Shown here one piece after another: positions 8,430 through 17,066 of a stretch of 64,000 bases of DNA. Source of the DNA: Patescibacteria group bacterium. Lineage in GTDB: Bacteria; Patescibacteriota; Minisyncoccia; Minisyncoccales; UBA10102. The stretch's first letter is position 1; every line of letters begins with the position of its first letter. The notes under the pieces are model-generated. The model did not search any database. It was not told where the DNA came from and worked only from the letters and a program-made list of their open reading frames with translations. Location: contig JADFNM010000001.1 in the NCBI GenBank assembly GCA_022563395.1, forward strand, positions 270,342 to 334,341. The letters run 5' to 3'. The position numbers and the translations under genes were made by a program.

Positions 8430-9500
8430 TCATTCCTCTTCGTAGATCAATGTATCTTTGTACCCAGCAAACCAAGCAAACCAGAATGTAGAACTTGAAG
8501 GTATTGATATTTGTTCTCCATCTTTAATTAAGAACACTTGAGCAGAACGTCCTGCTATATCTCCAATAATTTCAAACTCTTGTCCACTCACTATATCTCT
8601 GATCACTTTTCCCTGAACTATTTTCACTGGATATGCCTTTGATATCCCATCAATTGTAATTCCCACCACTTGATCCTTGGGTAGTAATCTGTTGTCCTGA
8701 ATACTAACAGGAAATCCGGGTTGCGAATCTGGATTTTCATATGCTCTATATGGATCACTAAGATAATTTCTTGTATATCCGGTATCAAGCGAGAGTACCT
8801 TGGTATCCTCGTGCAAAGCTCGCCACTCTTTCCACAACATCATCGTGGAAGGAAGTATAGAAAGCCGTTGTCCTTTTAAAGATCCGGTAAGAGCTTCACC
8901 AGTAATTTGGTACCAATAACTCTCAGTTTCTCTATCATACATTACCATGGCACTCTCATATAAAGCTCCTGTATTACCAAATGAAAGCAGCTGCTCATTA
9001 AGGTACCGGTCAAATACAATACCAGAGTTGCACAATGGGCAATACGTAATTACTATTTTCCGTCCTCCAATTGTCTCGTTCACAATCTCATGCCAATTCA
9101 TAATCTTAATCGGGTAAGCTCTTGCATCTCCAGCAAATTCTACGCCTAAAACAATATCGTCATTTTGAATCCATCTTTCTGCTTCCAAACTACTTTCGTA
9201 CTCTGGAGAATTAAGCGGTGGAATAGCGTCTCTGGGGACATCTTGAATAATGGGGATTATAGTGTCTTTACGCTGCGCATCCTCTCTGGATGGAATTACT
9301 TTCTCCGCCTTATTTGTGTAAATAAACATAAAAATGCTCAGTCCTATACCAAGCAAAGCAAGGAGCAGAACCAATAGAATCCCTAATATATGAACCAATT
9401 TTTGCCATTTTTCTACATAGCGGGATTCTTTTCCCCCTTTTCGCTCAAACAGTTTTTGTTGTTGTTCGGTAAACATTTGCTTTAACAAAAATCTTGACAT
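8430..9500 (-). CDS. DUF3179-like membrane-anchored protein
   Basis: N-terminal TM; DAIPPL, RAYP, WHEIVN, TYCPLC, YDRETESYW, FWFAW motifs. Confidence 0.8.
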   Translation of the reverse strand: MSRFLLKQMFTEQQQKLFERKGGKESRYVEKWQKLVHILGILLVLLLALLGIGLSIFMFIYTNKAEKVIPSREDAQRKDTIIPIIQDVPRDAIPPLNSPEYESSLEAERWIQNDDIVLGVEFAGDARAYPIKIMNWHEIVNETIGGRKIVITYCPLCNSGIVFDRYLNEQLLSFGNTGALYESAMVMYDRETESYWYQITGEALTGSLKGQRLSILPSTMMLWKEWRALHEDTKVLSLDTGYTRNYLSDPYRAYENPDSQPGFPVSIQDNRLLPKDQVVGITIDGISKAYPVKIVQGKVIRDIVSGQEFEIIGDIAGRSAQVFLIKDGEQISIPSSSTFWFAWFAGYKDTLIYEEE

Positions 9501-9507
9501 CTTTACC

Positions 9508-9584
9508 CTATCAAAAAACCGCCTTTTTGGCGACTTTGAGTCCCCTCTATACGCTTGAGTCCGGCTTCATATATTGTAAGACTA
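9508..9584. repeat. Composite repeat 8 (A, C, core B 9557-9584)
   Basis: GAGTCCGGCTT-CATATA-TTGTAAGACTA; last 3 nt are the phosphatase stop codon. Confidence 0.92.
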
Positions 9585-10214
9585 GAGCTCTCCTAAATGA
9601 GCGTAATCGTTCCAAGTGACAAGTTTCCAGTTCTCTTCACCATCTTCCAAGTGAAAAACAGTGATGCCAGTATTTGTGGTACGCACATCGAAAGACTCTA
9701 CATCTCCAAAAGGAAGAGACTCCGGGCCAAAGAGCACCACGCTCAGCATCATCTTTAAGGGAAGACTATGCATAACAACAAGGATGTTGTCTTTTGAACC
9801 CTTTTTCATTTCCTCCAAAAACTGAACTATCCTATCTCGCAACTCACCGATAGATTCCTCATCCTGCCATTTCCAGTAGAGGTCATCTTTGTGTAAAACA
9901 AGCTTGTTGTGAAATTCTTTTGCTTTCTTACCATCAATAGAAATATCCAAAAGGGACGATGGTTTACCCCACTCGTTCACGAGCTCTGTTATGTGAATAG
10001 AGAGCTTGAGCTTTTCATTGATGATTTCGGCTGTCTCCTGCGCTCTTTTAAGCGAACTCGAATACAGTATATCTATTGGTATATGCTCAAACCTCTTTTG
10101 GAGAATATATGCCTGCTCTCTTCCCTCTTTAGAAAGAGAGGTTTCTTTTCTTTGATAAATACGTTTATCATTTGCTTCACTTTTGCCGTGGCGCACAAGA
10201 TACAGTGTTTTCAT
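9582..10214 (-). CDS. Histidine phosphatase (phosphoglycerate mutase family)
   Basis: LVRHG, SSLKRAQETA, VVMH, WNDYAHL. Confidence 0.92.
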   Translation of the reverse strand: MKTLYLVRHGKSEANDKRIYQRKETSLSKEGREQAYILQKRFEHIPIDILYSSSLKRAQETAEIINEKLKLSIHITELVNEWGKPSSLLDISIDGKKAKEFHNKLVLHKDDLYWKWQDEESIGELRDRIVQFLEEMKKGSKDNILVVMHSLPLKMMLSVVLFGPESLPFGDVESFDVRTTNTGITVFHLEDGEENWKLVTWNDYAHLGEL

Positions 10215-10218
10215 ATTC

Positions 10219-10251
10219 CTATCGTAACAAAAAACCGCCTTTTTGGCGATC
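10219..10251. repeat. Block A only (repeat 9)
   Basis: CTATCGTAACAAAAAACCGCCTTTTTGGCGATC. Confidence 0.85.
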
Positions 10252-10325
10252 TATTGGCCCTGGAAGACCTTTCGACAGACTCAGGGCGGGGGCCAGGCAT
10301 TTCTCGCTCCCTCATTCACCCTTTT

Positions 10326-10376
10326 TGCCTAAATCTCGTTTAAGCATTCTTCGCTGTTGCCTAAACGAGATTTAGG
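10326..10376. repeat. REP-like inverted pair (TGCYTAAATCTCGTTTAAGCA family)
   Basis: 10326-10346 and inverted copy 10358-10376. Confidence 0.85.
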
Positions 10377-10396
10377 TGTGGATAACTCAGGAAAAC

Positions 10397-10477
10397 CAAA
10401 AAAACCGCCTCCTTGGCGACTTTGAGTCCGGCTTCATATATTGGACGTAATTTGGTCCCCTTTTATACACCTGAGAC
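10397..10477. repeat. Composite repeat 10 (A, core B 10424-10451, then C)
   Basis: GAGTCCGGCTT-CATATA-TTGGACGTAAT then GGTCCCCTTTTATACACCTGAG. Confidence 0.9.
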
Positions 10478-10568
10478 TTTAATATCGCCCTATTTTATCT
10501 ACGCATCGTGAACAACGCTAAACCTGTTGTTGGGCATTAAATATCTAATGTTCCATCTATAGGATTAA

Positions 10569-10769
10569 CTAAAGTCCTAAGCTATCAAGGTTAAGGCTGC
10601 TTAAAAATATTGGTATGACAATAATAAGTCCCAGGATGGGCAAAACAATCATCGCAGCAGTTATAACAAGAGTTAAAAGGAAATACTTCCTTGTTTTTTC
10701 AACCGAGGAATAAATTGCATCGATCTTTTTTTCTAGCACTTCAAACTTGTTGGAAATTTCTTGATCCAT
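10569..10769 (-). CDS. Small membrane protein (66 aa)
   Basis: Charged helical N-terminus, hydrophobic C-terminus; ATG 6 nt after TAGAAT. Confidence 0.75.
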   Translation of the reverse strand: MDQEISNKFEVLEKKIDAIYSSVEKTRKYFLLTLVITAAMIVLPILGLIIVIPIFLSSLNLDSLGL

Positions 10770-10778
10770 ATTTTAATT

Positions 10779-10856
10779 CTACACAAAAACCGCTATTTTA
10801 GCAACTTGAAGTTCTTCTTTATACACTTAAGTCCGGCCTCATATATTCTCCGACTC
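10779..10856. repeat. Composite repeat 11 (A, C, core B 10829-10856)
   Basis: AAGTCCGGCCT-CATATA-TTCTCCGACTC, 2 nt from the def stop codon. Confidence 0.85.
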
Positions 10857-10858
10857 TC

Positions 10859-11386
10859 CTATCGCATCCTCTTAATATACTCATCTCGGCTGATCAGTTT
10901 TCTCATATCAGTTACTTTATCAAGATAGACAACTCCATTAAGATGGTCCATCTCATGCTGAATTACTCTAGCAAGCAAACCACTAGCTCGCAGGGTAAAA
11001 ATCTCTCCATCGCCATTTTGAGCCTTTATCACTATGCCCTTTGACCGCCTCACTGGACCGAACAACTGGCCAGACGCAACGCTTCCACATCCCTCATGCC
11101 CAACACTCTGATCTTTTGAGAAAGAGACAATGCGAGGATTTATATAGACCCGAAGAGAATCTGTTTCCTGGAGTTTTCTCGTTTTCGTCTTTCGTAGCTC
11201 AGTTACAAAGACTCGAAGACTCACCCCAATCTGCGGAGCAGCCATGCCAACAAGCCCATGGAAACGCATAGAGTCAGTCAAATCCTTAACAACCTTTATA
11301 ACCGTCTTTGAAGAAACTCTACCTACTCTCTGCGATTTCTTGCGAATAATGGAGCTCCCTATTTGTGTAGCTTTTCGTTTAACCAT
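10859..11386 (-). CDS. def: Peptide deformylase
   Basis: GMAAPQIG, EGCGS, QHEMDHLNG motifs. Confidence 0.93.
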   Translation of the reverse strand: MVKRKATQIGSSIIRKKSQRVGRVSSKTVIKVVKDLTDSMRFHGLVGMAAPQIGVSLRVFVTELRKTKTRKLQETDSLRVYINPRIVSFSKDQSVGHEGCGSVASGQLFGPVRRSKGIVIKAQNGDGEIFTLRASGLLARVIQHEMDHLNGVVYLDKVTDMRKLISRDEYIKRMR

Positions 11387-11398
11387 ACCTTCTCTAAT

Positions 11399-11487
11399 CT
11401 ATCAAAAAATCGCCTATCTGGCGATCTCTTAAGTTTTGCTTAAATCTCGTTTAAGCACAAACCCATATTGCTTAAACGAGATTTAGG
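11399..11487. repeat. Block A (repeat 12) followed by REP-like inverted pair 11437-11487
   Basis: CTATCAAAAAATCGCCTATCTGGCGATC; TGCTTAAATCTCGTTTAAGCA ... TGCTTAAACGAGATTTAGG. Confidence 0.85.
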
Positions 11488-11517
11488 CGGGGATAACTAA
11501 ATGGAATTTAGGTTTCC

Positions 11518-12771
11518 TTAGCGAAATCTGCTCTGCCGCCTGCCAAATCCTGTATGTCGCTGCCTAGACCCGCTACGTCCACGCCCTCTCTGCTGGGGCC
11601 GGGAAGGCCTCTCTACTGCCCGCGACTTGGGAGCGGCCAAAATACCCTCCGGGAGAGGTAAAGCGAGGATTCGCTTTTGGATTGCTCGCTCTATGGCACG
11701 AACCTCTTTCCCTTCGCTCACCATAGCAAAAGTAATGGCGTGTCCCTTGGTGCCGGCTCTCGCCGTGCGCCCGATGCGATGAACGTAGTCATCTGAAGTA
11801 CCTGGCAAATCATAGTTCAAGACCAGCTCAATGCCCATAACGTCAATGCCTCTTGAAGCAATGTCGGTCGCCACGAGCACACGGTATTTCCCGGACTTGA
11901 ATCCGTCTAACGCCTCCCTTCTTTGGTTCAAACTCCTGTTGGAATGCAACTCTGAGGCCCGTATGCCAAGATCCCGTATCTGGCGCGCCACTTTCTTTGC
12001 TCCATACTTTGTTCTGGTAAACACAAGAGTTGGGCCCTTGTAGCTTTCAAGCAGTCGTTTTAAAAGTTCTGGCTTCTGCTCTCTCGCAACCACGAAAAGC
12101 TCTTGTGAAACCTCTTCTAGGGTTGTGCCGGGCGGGGCAATCTCTACCCGTAGCGGAGTTTTCATATAGTCTGTTGCCAGCTTCATTATCTCGGGGGGCA
12201 TGGTGGCACAAAACAGCATGGTCTGGCGCTCTTTGGGAAGGGCCTTAAGAATGGTTCGAATCTGGGGAAGAAAGCCCATATCAAACATACGGTCCGCCTC
12301 GTCAAGCACCACTATGGAAACGCTGGACAAAGAAAGGGTTTTTTGCAAAAGATGGTCGTTAATTCTTCCCGGTGTTCCAACGATAATGTGCGGCTTACGG
12401 GAGATATCACGGCGCTGTCGTCCAAAGGGAAGTCCGCCAATGAGCACGGCGGTTTTAAGACCCTGCTGTTGTCCCACCTTTTTTAGAAACGCTTCTACCT
12501 GAAGCGCAAGCTCTCGCGTAGGCAGCACCACCAACCCCTGTCTCTTTGTGCCAAGGAGCATTTGTATCATGGGAATGCCAAAAGCAAGGGTCTTTCCGGT
12601 TCCCGTCTGGGCTATGCCTACCAGGTCTTTTCCCTGAATCCCAAGAGGGATGGTACGAACCTGGATAGGGGTGGGTCTGGTGAATCCAGTCCGCTTGAGT
12701 ACCTCTAGGAGACCGGGCGCTATGCCCAATCCATAGAAGTTCTGTTCTCTGTTTTCTGAAGATTCCTGCAT
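11518..12771 (-). CDS. DEAD-box RNA helicase (RhlE-like)
   Basis: Q motif, AQTGTGKT, PTRELA, DEAD, HRIGRTAR, basic tail; start set at MQESSEN. Confidence 0.93.
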   Translation of the reverse strand: MQESSENREQNFYGLGIAPGLLEVLKRTGFTRPTPIQVRTIPLGIQGKDLVGIAQTGTGKTLAFGIPMIQMLLGTKRQGLVVLPTRELALQVEAFLKKVGQQQGLKTAVLIGGLPFGRQRRDISRKPHIIVGTPGRINDHLLQKTLSLSSVSIVVLDEADRMFDMGFLPQIRTILKALPKERQTMLFCATMPPEIMKLATDYMKTPLRVEIAPPGTTLEEVSQELFVVAREQKPELLKRLLESYKGPTLVFTRTKYGAKKVARQIRDLGIRASELHSNRSLNQRREALDGFKSGKYRVLVATDIASRGIDVMGIELVLNYDLPGTSDDYVHRIGRTARAGTKGHAITFAMVSEGKEVRAIERAIQKRILALPLPEGILAAPKSRAVERPSRPQQRGRGRSGSRQRHTGFGRRQSRFR

Positions 12772-12923
12772 AAGAAAAGCCCTGGACGCGCTTGCCAGGG
12801 CACACGTTAGTATAGTATACACTCTTTTTAAGATACTGCAACCTTAAAAATTACAAACTGAATGCTAAAAGCGGCAAAAATCTCAAGTGATGCTGGGCTC
12901 GGTTTAGTTTTCCCCACGCATTT

Positions 12924-13796
12924 CTACCGGGCCACATCCCCGCCGGTAATAAAAATAATCTCGCCCGTCATGTAACTGGAGTCAGCTTCGGAGGCCAGGT
13001 ATACATAGGCCGGAGCCATTTCGTCTGGCTGGCCCGGACGACCCATGGGATTATACTTGCCAAAGTGCACAATATCCTCTTCTGATGAGTCTTTAATAGT
13101 TTGCAAGGGCGTCCAAACTGGCCCTGGAGCAACACAGTTCACGCGAATACCGCGCGGCAAGAGCTCTTTTGCAAGGGTTTTGGTTAAAGTATGCGTTGCA
13201 GCTTTGGTTCCAGAATATATCGGGTAGCCACCTCCACGCGATCCCACTATTGACCCCGTGTTTATGATACATGTACCTTCTTTCATATGTTTGAGTGCAG
13301 CGCGGGTCATGTAATAGTAGCTGAATACGTTCACTTGGTACATGCGTTCCAGCTCTTTGTCCGAGAACTTCTCAATATCGTCTGCAGGGGACATGGTAGC
13401 CACGTTGTTGACAAGGATATCCAGAGAGCCAAACTCCTGCACGGTCTTGTCTACGGCCTTCTGGCAGAAGGCGCTATCTGAAACATCACCCTCAAGGCAC
13501 AGGCACTTTTTGCCCAACTTTTCAATCTCTTGCGTAAGTATCTCTGCGTCCCGGCTTTCTACAGGCAGATACGTAATGGCAACATTTGCGCCCTCTCTGG
13601 CAAACAAAAAGGCAACTGCACGGCCAATTCCTGAATCCCCACCCGTGATGAGAGCGGTTTTCTTAAGAAGCTTGCCAGAGGGTTTGTACTCTTTTCCCTG
13701 ATACTGCGGCAAGGGCTTCATGTCTGCCTCTATCCCAGGGGGTTCTTGGTGCTGGGGTGGAAAAGGCGGGATTGGTCTTTTTGACTCAGACGCCAT
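12924..13796 (-). CDS. SDR oxidoreductase (YghA/YhdF-like)
   Basis: TGGDSGIG, YSGTK, VAPGPVWT, GRPGQPDE. Confidence 0.92.
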   Translation of the reverse strand: MASESKRPIPPFPPQHQEPPGIEADMKPLPQYQGKEYKPSGKLLKKTALITGGDSGIGRAVAFLFAREGANVAITYLPVESRDAEILTQEIEKLGKKCLCLEGDVSDSAFCQKAVDKTVQEFGSLDILVNNVATMSPADDIEKFSDKELERMYQVNVFSYYYMTRAALKHMKEGTCIINTGSIVGSRGGGYPIYSGTKAATHTLTKTLAKELLPRGIRVNCVAPGPVWTPLQTIKDSSEEDIVHFGKYNPMGRPGQPDEMAPAYVYLASEADSSYMTGEIIFITGGDVAR

Positions 13797-13799
13797 ACA

Positions 13800-13991
13800 T
13801 TACAGATGTTTCTTGATTAACCCGGTGAGCTCTTGAATGTGGTCTTCTTTATCCTTTTCCATCTTTTCCCAGAAGGCGTTGCAGTTTTCGCACTTCCCCG
13901 CGTCGCGCTTGTACACATCTTTGATGCGCCACAGACTTTTGTGCTCCACCACCAGCTGATTCATCAAGTTATACGTATGATTGTCAAACAT
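13800..13991 (-). CDS. Small ferritin-like helical protein (63 aa)
   Basis: Helical pattern with CxxC and ExH motif; coupled to the SDR gene. Confidence 0.7.
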   Translation of the reverse strand: MFDNHTYNLMNQLVVEHKSLWRIKDVYKRDAGKCENCNAFWEKMEKDKEDHIQELTGLIKKHL

Positions 13992-14048
13992 AGGGGCAAA
14001 ATACTCTATTAGACTTCTTTTTAAAACAACCTTTACTCATTTTAAAGT

Positions 14049-14105
14049 ATATCAAAAAACCGCCCGTTTGGCGATTTAAGTCCACGCTCATATATTGTAG
14101 GGCTC
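14049..14105. repeat. Composite repeat 13 (A plus core B 14078-14105)
   Basis: ATATCAAAAAACCGCCCGTTTGGCGATTT AAGTCCACGCT-CATATA-TTGTAGGGCTC. Confidence 0.88.
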
Positions 14106-14110
14106 ATCCC

Positions 14111-15220
14111 CTAGCCAAAGGTGAAGGTGAAAAACTCAAGATTTAAAGAAGGAACAAGAAGTTCTAAGGTATGGGTACCATATTCCTCTTTTGTATCTAC
14201 AAGATTATACAAACTTGCACCCTGAACTTTCAAAAAAGAAGCGGTGCCCTGAAAAACAATATCCTCTCCCTTGTTCTTTTCAGTAAGATATTCCCCGTCT
14301 AGCTTCACTTCGGCCAGAATGTCTGCTTCTCCTTTTGTATCCAACACAAGATTCAGCTTATTTGCCTTGTAGCGAATAAGAACTTTCCCCTCCCCCTCTA
14401 CCAGTTGCGCAAACTCTGGGGCAATGCGCCAGGTTCCCACAAGATAAAAACGATTAAACTCTACTGCCTGGGGTTCTTTAAACTCGTGGGGTTCATTCAC
14501 TTGAACTGCCTCAATTGGGTTCCCGATGTTGTTAATACGAGAAGCTCCAAAGTATATCTCTGGAGTTCCAATGCTCTTAAAATCAACGCCTGCAGGGGGT
14601 TCTGTAACCTTGGTAATCTTGTCTAAAGAAAGGAGGCCTGCCTCAAGCAACAGCTGTTGTATTGCAGCCTCGGTCTCTGCATATTGCCCTTCCCCAAAAT
14701 GGGTGTAACGAATGTTCCCTTTTGCGTCAATTAAATAGAGTGCAGGCCAAAATCTATTCTCAAAAGCATTCCAGGTTGCATAGTTATTATCGAGGGCCAC
14801 GGGATACTCAACGCCGTACTCTTTCACATTCCTTCTTACATTCCCCTCATCCTCTTCAAACTCAAACTCCGGGGTATGCACCCCAAGAACAACAAGACCG
14901 TTATCTTTGTATTTTTCATGGAACGCTTCGATATGGGGGATGTTGCGAATACAGTTAATACAGGTATACGTCCAAAAATCCACCAGCACAACCTTGCCTT
15001 GAAGCTCCTTTAGTACAAGGGGTTCAGAATTCATCCAAGAGGTAAGGCCAACGAACTCTGGAGCTTTTTTAAGAATAGGCAACTCTTCGGAAGAACCCAG
15101 AAGATTCCTTATCTCCTCCAAGACAGGCTCACGGGAGGTAAGGAACTCTTGATCTCCAAGTATGGCGTACCCGACTGCAAAAATGACGATAGCAAGAAGA
15201 ACAAAAGTAATGAGTTTCAT
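14111..15220 (-). CDS. Exported redoxin (DipZ C-terminal-like thioredoxin)
   Basis: Signal/TM segment, DFWTYTCINC, GVHTPEF, WPALYLID, FTFG end. Confidence 0.88.
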   Translation of the reverse strand: MKLITFVLLAIVIFAVGYAILGDQEFLTSREPVLEEIRNLLGSSEELPILKKAPEFVGLTSWMNSEPLVLKELQGKVVLVDFWTYTCINCIRNIPHIEAFHEKYKDNGLVVLGVHTPEFEFEEDEGNVRRNVKEYGVEYPVALDNNYATWNAFENRFWPALYLIDAKGNIRYTHFGEGQYAETEAAIQQLLLEAGLLSLDKITKVTEPPAGVDFKSIGTPEIYFGASRINNIGNPIEAVQVNEPHEFKEPQAVEFNRFYLVGTWRIAPEFAQLVEGEGKVLIRYKANKLNLVLDTKGEADILAEVKLDGEYLTEKNKGEDIVFQGTASFLKVQGASLYNLVDTKEEYGTHTLELLVPSLNLEFFTFTFG

Positions 15221-15230
15221 GGATATACTT

Positions 15231-15260
15231 TATCAGAAAACCACTTTCCTGGCGATTCTT
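15231..15260. repeat. Block A only (repeat 14), right edge of the array
   Basis: TATCAGAAAACCACTTTCCTGGCGATTCTT; its -10 lies 6 nt before ATG 15220. Confidence 0.7.
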
Positions 15261-15338
15261 TTCATACTTCTCTGCTCTAATCTGAAAAGAAAACAGGACG
15301 TTTTTGCATCCTGTTTTCTTAAGCCAAAACTCCAAGCG

Positions 15339-15617
15339 TTAAGCGCCCTTGCTTTGAGCATACTTTCTCCAAGCTTCTGCTGCTGATGCCTCTGTTTTTT
15401 CTAATTCAGCAAGAATGACCTCCCGCAATTCAGAGGTTGCAATTTCTTCTTTGCTATTTGCTGCTGCCAATGCAATCGGCAAAACCTGATTTACTACCTC
15501 GTCTGTCCTATCTGAAGAAAGGGCTGCGTCTTGCACTGCCAACTTAATGGACCTTCTGATTTTCCCTTCGTCAAAGGGCTGCTTTGAGCCGTCTCGCTTG
15601 ACAACGTTTGTCGCCAT
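15339..15617 (-). CDS. Stand-alone ATP-cone domain protein
   Basis: VVKRDGSKQPFDEGKI N-terminus. Confidence 0.85.
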   Translation of the reverse strand: MATNVVKRDGSKQPFDEGKIRRSIKLAVQDAALSSDRTDEVVNQVLPIALAAANSKEEIATSELREVILAELEKTEASAAEAWRKYAQSKGA

Positions 15618-15781
15618 AATTGCAATAATGATTCTTCATTATATTAAGTTTATAAAACAAGAGGGACCTTTCCTCTTGTTTTACTATGGCTTATGGAGAG
15701 ATCCTTGTCAATTCAAATGGAAAGGCCGATGCTGACTGCATCGGCCCTGTGTTCACAGCTTGCGTAGCTCATCCTCCTTTC

Positions 15782-16105
15782 TCAGATTTTGCGTACCAGA
15801 GGAAGCTCGCGAATCAACATAACAAGCTCTACTTCCGCTTCAAGGTTTAAAAGAAGCAGCACTTGCTTGCTGCCTGCTGCCTGGATGCGATAATGCCACA
15901 TCCCGTCGCTCATATACTCTTCCTCAGAGTCAATCCTGGGAGGAGAGAAGAGACTCATGGGTAAAACGATAACCCATGTGTTGTCATCCCTTTGCTCTCG
16001 AAGCTCCGCTTTGAGTAAAGACACCGCTTCTTCTGGCGTCTCTGCTAAAATAACAGCATCCGAGTCCTCTCCCTGAGTGAAAAGCTCATAGGCCTTGAGG
16101 CTCAT
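15782..16105 (-). CDS. Hypothetical protein
   Basis: ORF with SD AAGGAAGG and its own terminator at about 15721-15747. Confidence 0.6.
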   Translation of the reverse strand: MSLKAYELFTQGEDSDAVILAETPEEAVSLLKAELREQRDDNTWVIVLPMSLFSPPRIDSEEEYMSDGMWHYRIQAAGSKQVLLLLNLEAEVELVMLIRELPLVRKI

Positions 16106-16200
16106 TACACACCTTCCTTTTTAGAATGATCAAAAGGGCACCACTTTTATACATGAAAAAGAAGCTTTTGTCAACCTCCGGCAGAAACCAAATCTGTCTT

Positions 16201-16932
16201 CTAGGAAAGCTCTATGCGCTTGAATCCTTCTGCGTAGCGAAAGCCGGCCTTCTTGCCCAGCATCCGGGAACGATCACGAATACGCTTTTCAAACACCGCG
16301 TCAGGCATAACCTGACTTACATGCGCTTTTAGGGTTTTAAGTTTTGTTTCAAAGCTACCCGTAATATCCTCGCAATGCGTGGGGTCTTCCATGGCAACGA
16401 GCAAAAGTGTCTTTACCTTGTGGGAAGCCAATCCCCTCTTTTCATGATAAGGAAAGTTCAAGCGGTCTCTTGCCAGAGGAAACACCGCGTCAATTGCGGC
16501 CTGCCCCGCTGCCCTATGATCTGAATGATTTATAAATCCTCTCTTTACAGAGTACAAAAAAGTGGGGTCAAGCGTAATGACCAAGTCCGGTTTCTTTTGG
16601 CGAATCACCCTGGCAATATCTTCTTTGAGCTTTTTGTTCACCACAAGCTCCCCGTCAACATGGCGCAGGAATATTACGTCTTTTACTCCAAGAATTTTAG
16701 CCGCCATACGTTGTTCTTTTTTGCGTATGAGAGAAAGCTTGCGGGAGGTCATCTTTGGGTCATCTGACCCTTTGCTCCCATCGGTGCACACAAGATAGGT
16801 GATAGCAGCTCCTCTTTTGGCCCACTTTGCAATGGTGCCAGAAGAGCTAAAGTCCATGTCATCTGGGTGTGCAAAGACCGCAAGAACACTTTTAGGAGTC
16901 TTAAGATTTTTTGTCATATTTTTTCTATTCAT
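16201..16932 (-). CDS. PIG-L/LmbE family deacetylase
   Basis: AHPDD, HSDH, HVSQ, AEGF motifs. Confidence 0.9.
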   Translation of the reverse strand: MNRKNMTKNLKTPKSVLAVFAHPDDMDFSSSGTIAKWAKRGAAITYLVCTDGSKGSDDPKMTSRKLSLIRKKEQRMAAKILGVKDVIFLRHVDGELVVNKKLKEDIARVIRQKKPDLVITLDPTFLYSVKRGFINHSDHRAAGQAAIDAVFPLARDRLNFPYHEKRGLASHKVKTLLLVAMEDPTHCEDITGSFETKLKTLKAHVSQVMPDAVFEKRIRDRSRMLGKKAGFRYAEGFKRIELS

Positions 16933-16946
16933 ATTCTATTAGTACA

Positions 16947-17066
16947 CTATTCTTGAAGCTCAATTAAAAGCCGCGTCTCGTCTACAACCTTCTTTTCATC
17001 CTCTACTGCAAAATATCCTGCAGCAGACACAATAACAATAACAGCAAGAATGATAAACTTCATCAT
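16947..17066 (-). CDS. 39-aa peptide with signal-like N-terminus, possibly a truncated gene
   Basis: Hand translation MMKFIILAVIVIVSAAGYFAVEDEKK...; ATGA overlap with the msrB stop. Confidence 0.35.
   Translation of the reverse strand: MMKFIILAVIVIVSAAGYFAVEDEKKVVDETRLLIELQE

Noticed and set aside
10490..10545. Classical integron attC site (GTTGGGC present)
   Set aside because: No matching RYYYAAC inverse core or long bottom-strand hairpin; the other units lack these ends; no intI.
12195..12215. DEAD helicase motif III reads CAT instead of SAT
   Set aside because: Single conservative change with all other motifs intact; not evidence of inactivation.
299..15260. CRISPR array interpretation of the recurring repeat
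   Set aside because: Intervals are 0.1-3.8 kb, irregular and contain whole genes; repeats are degenerate; no cas genes.
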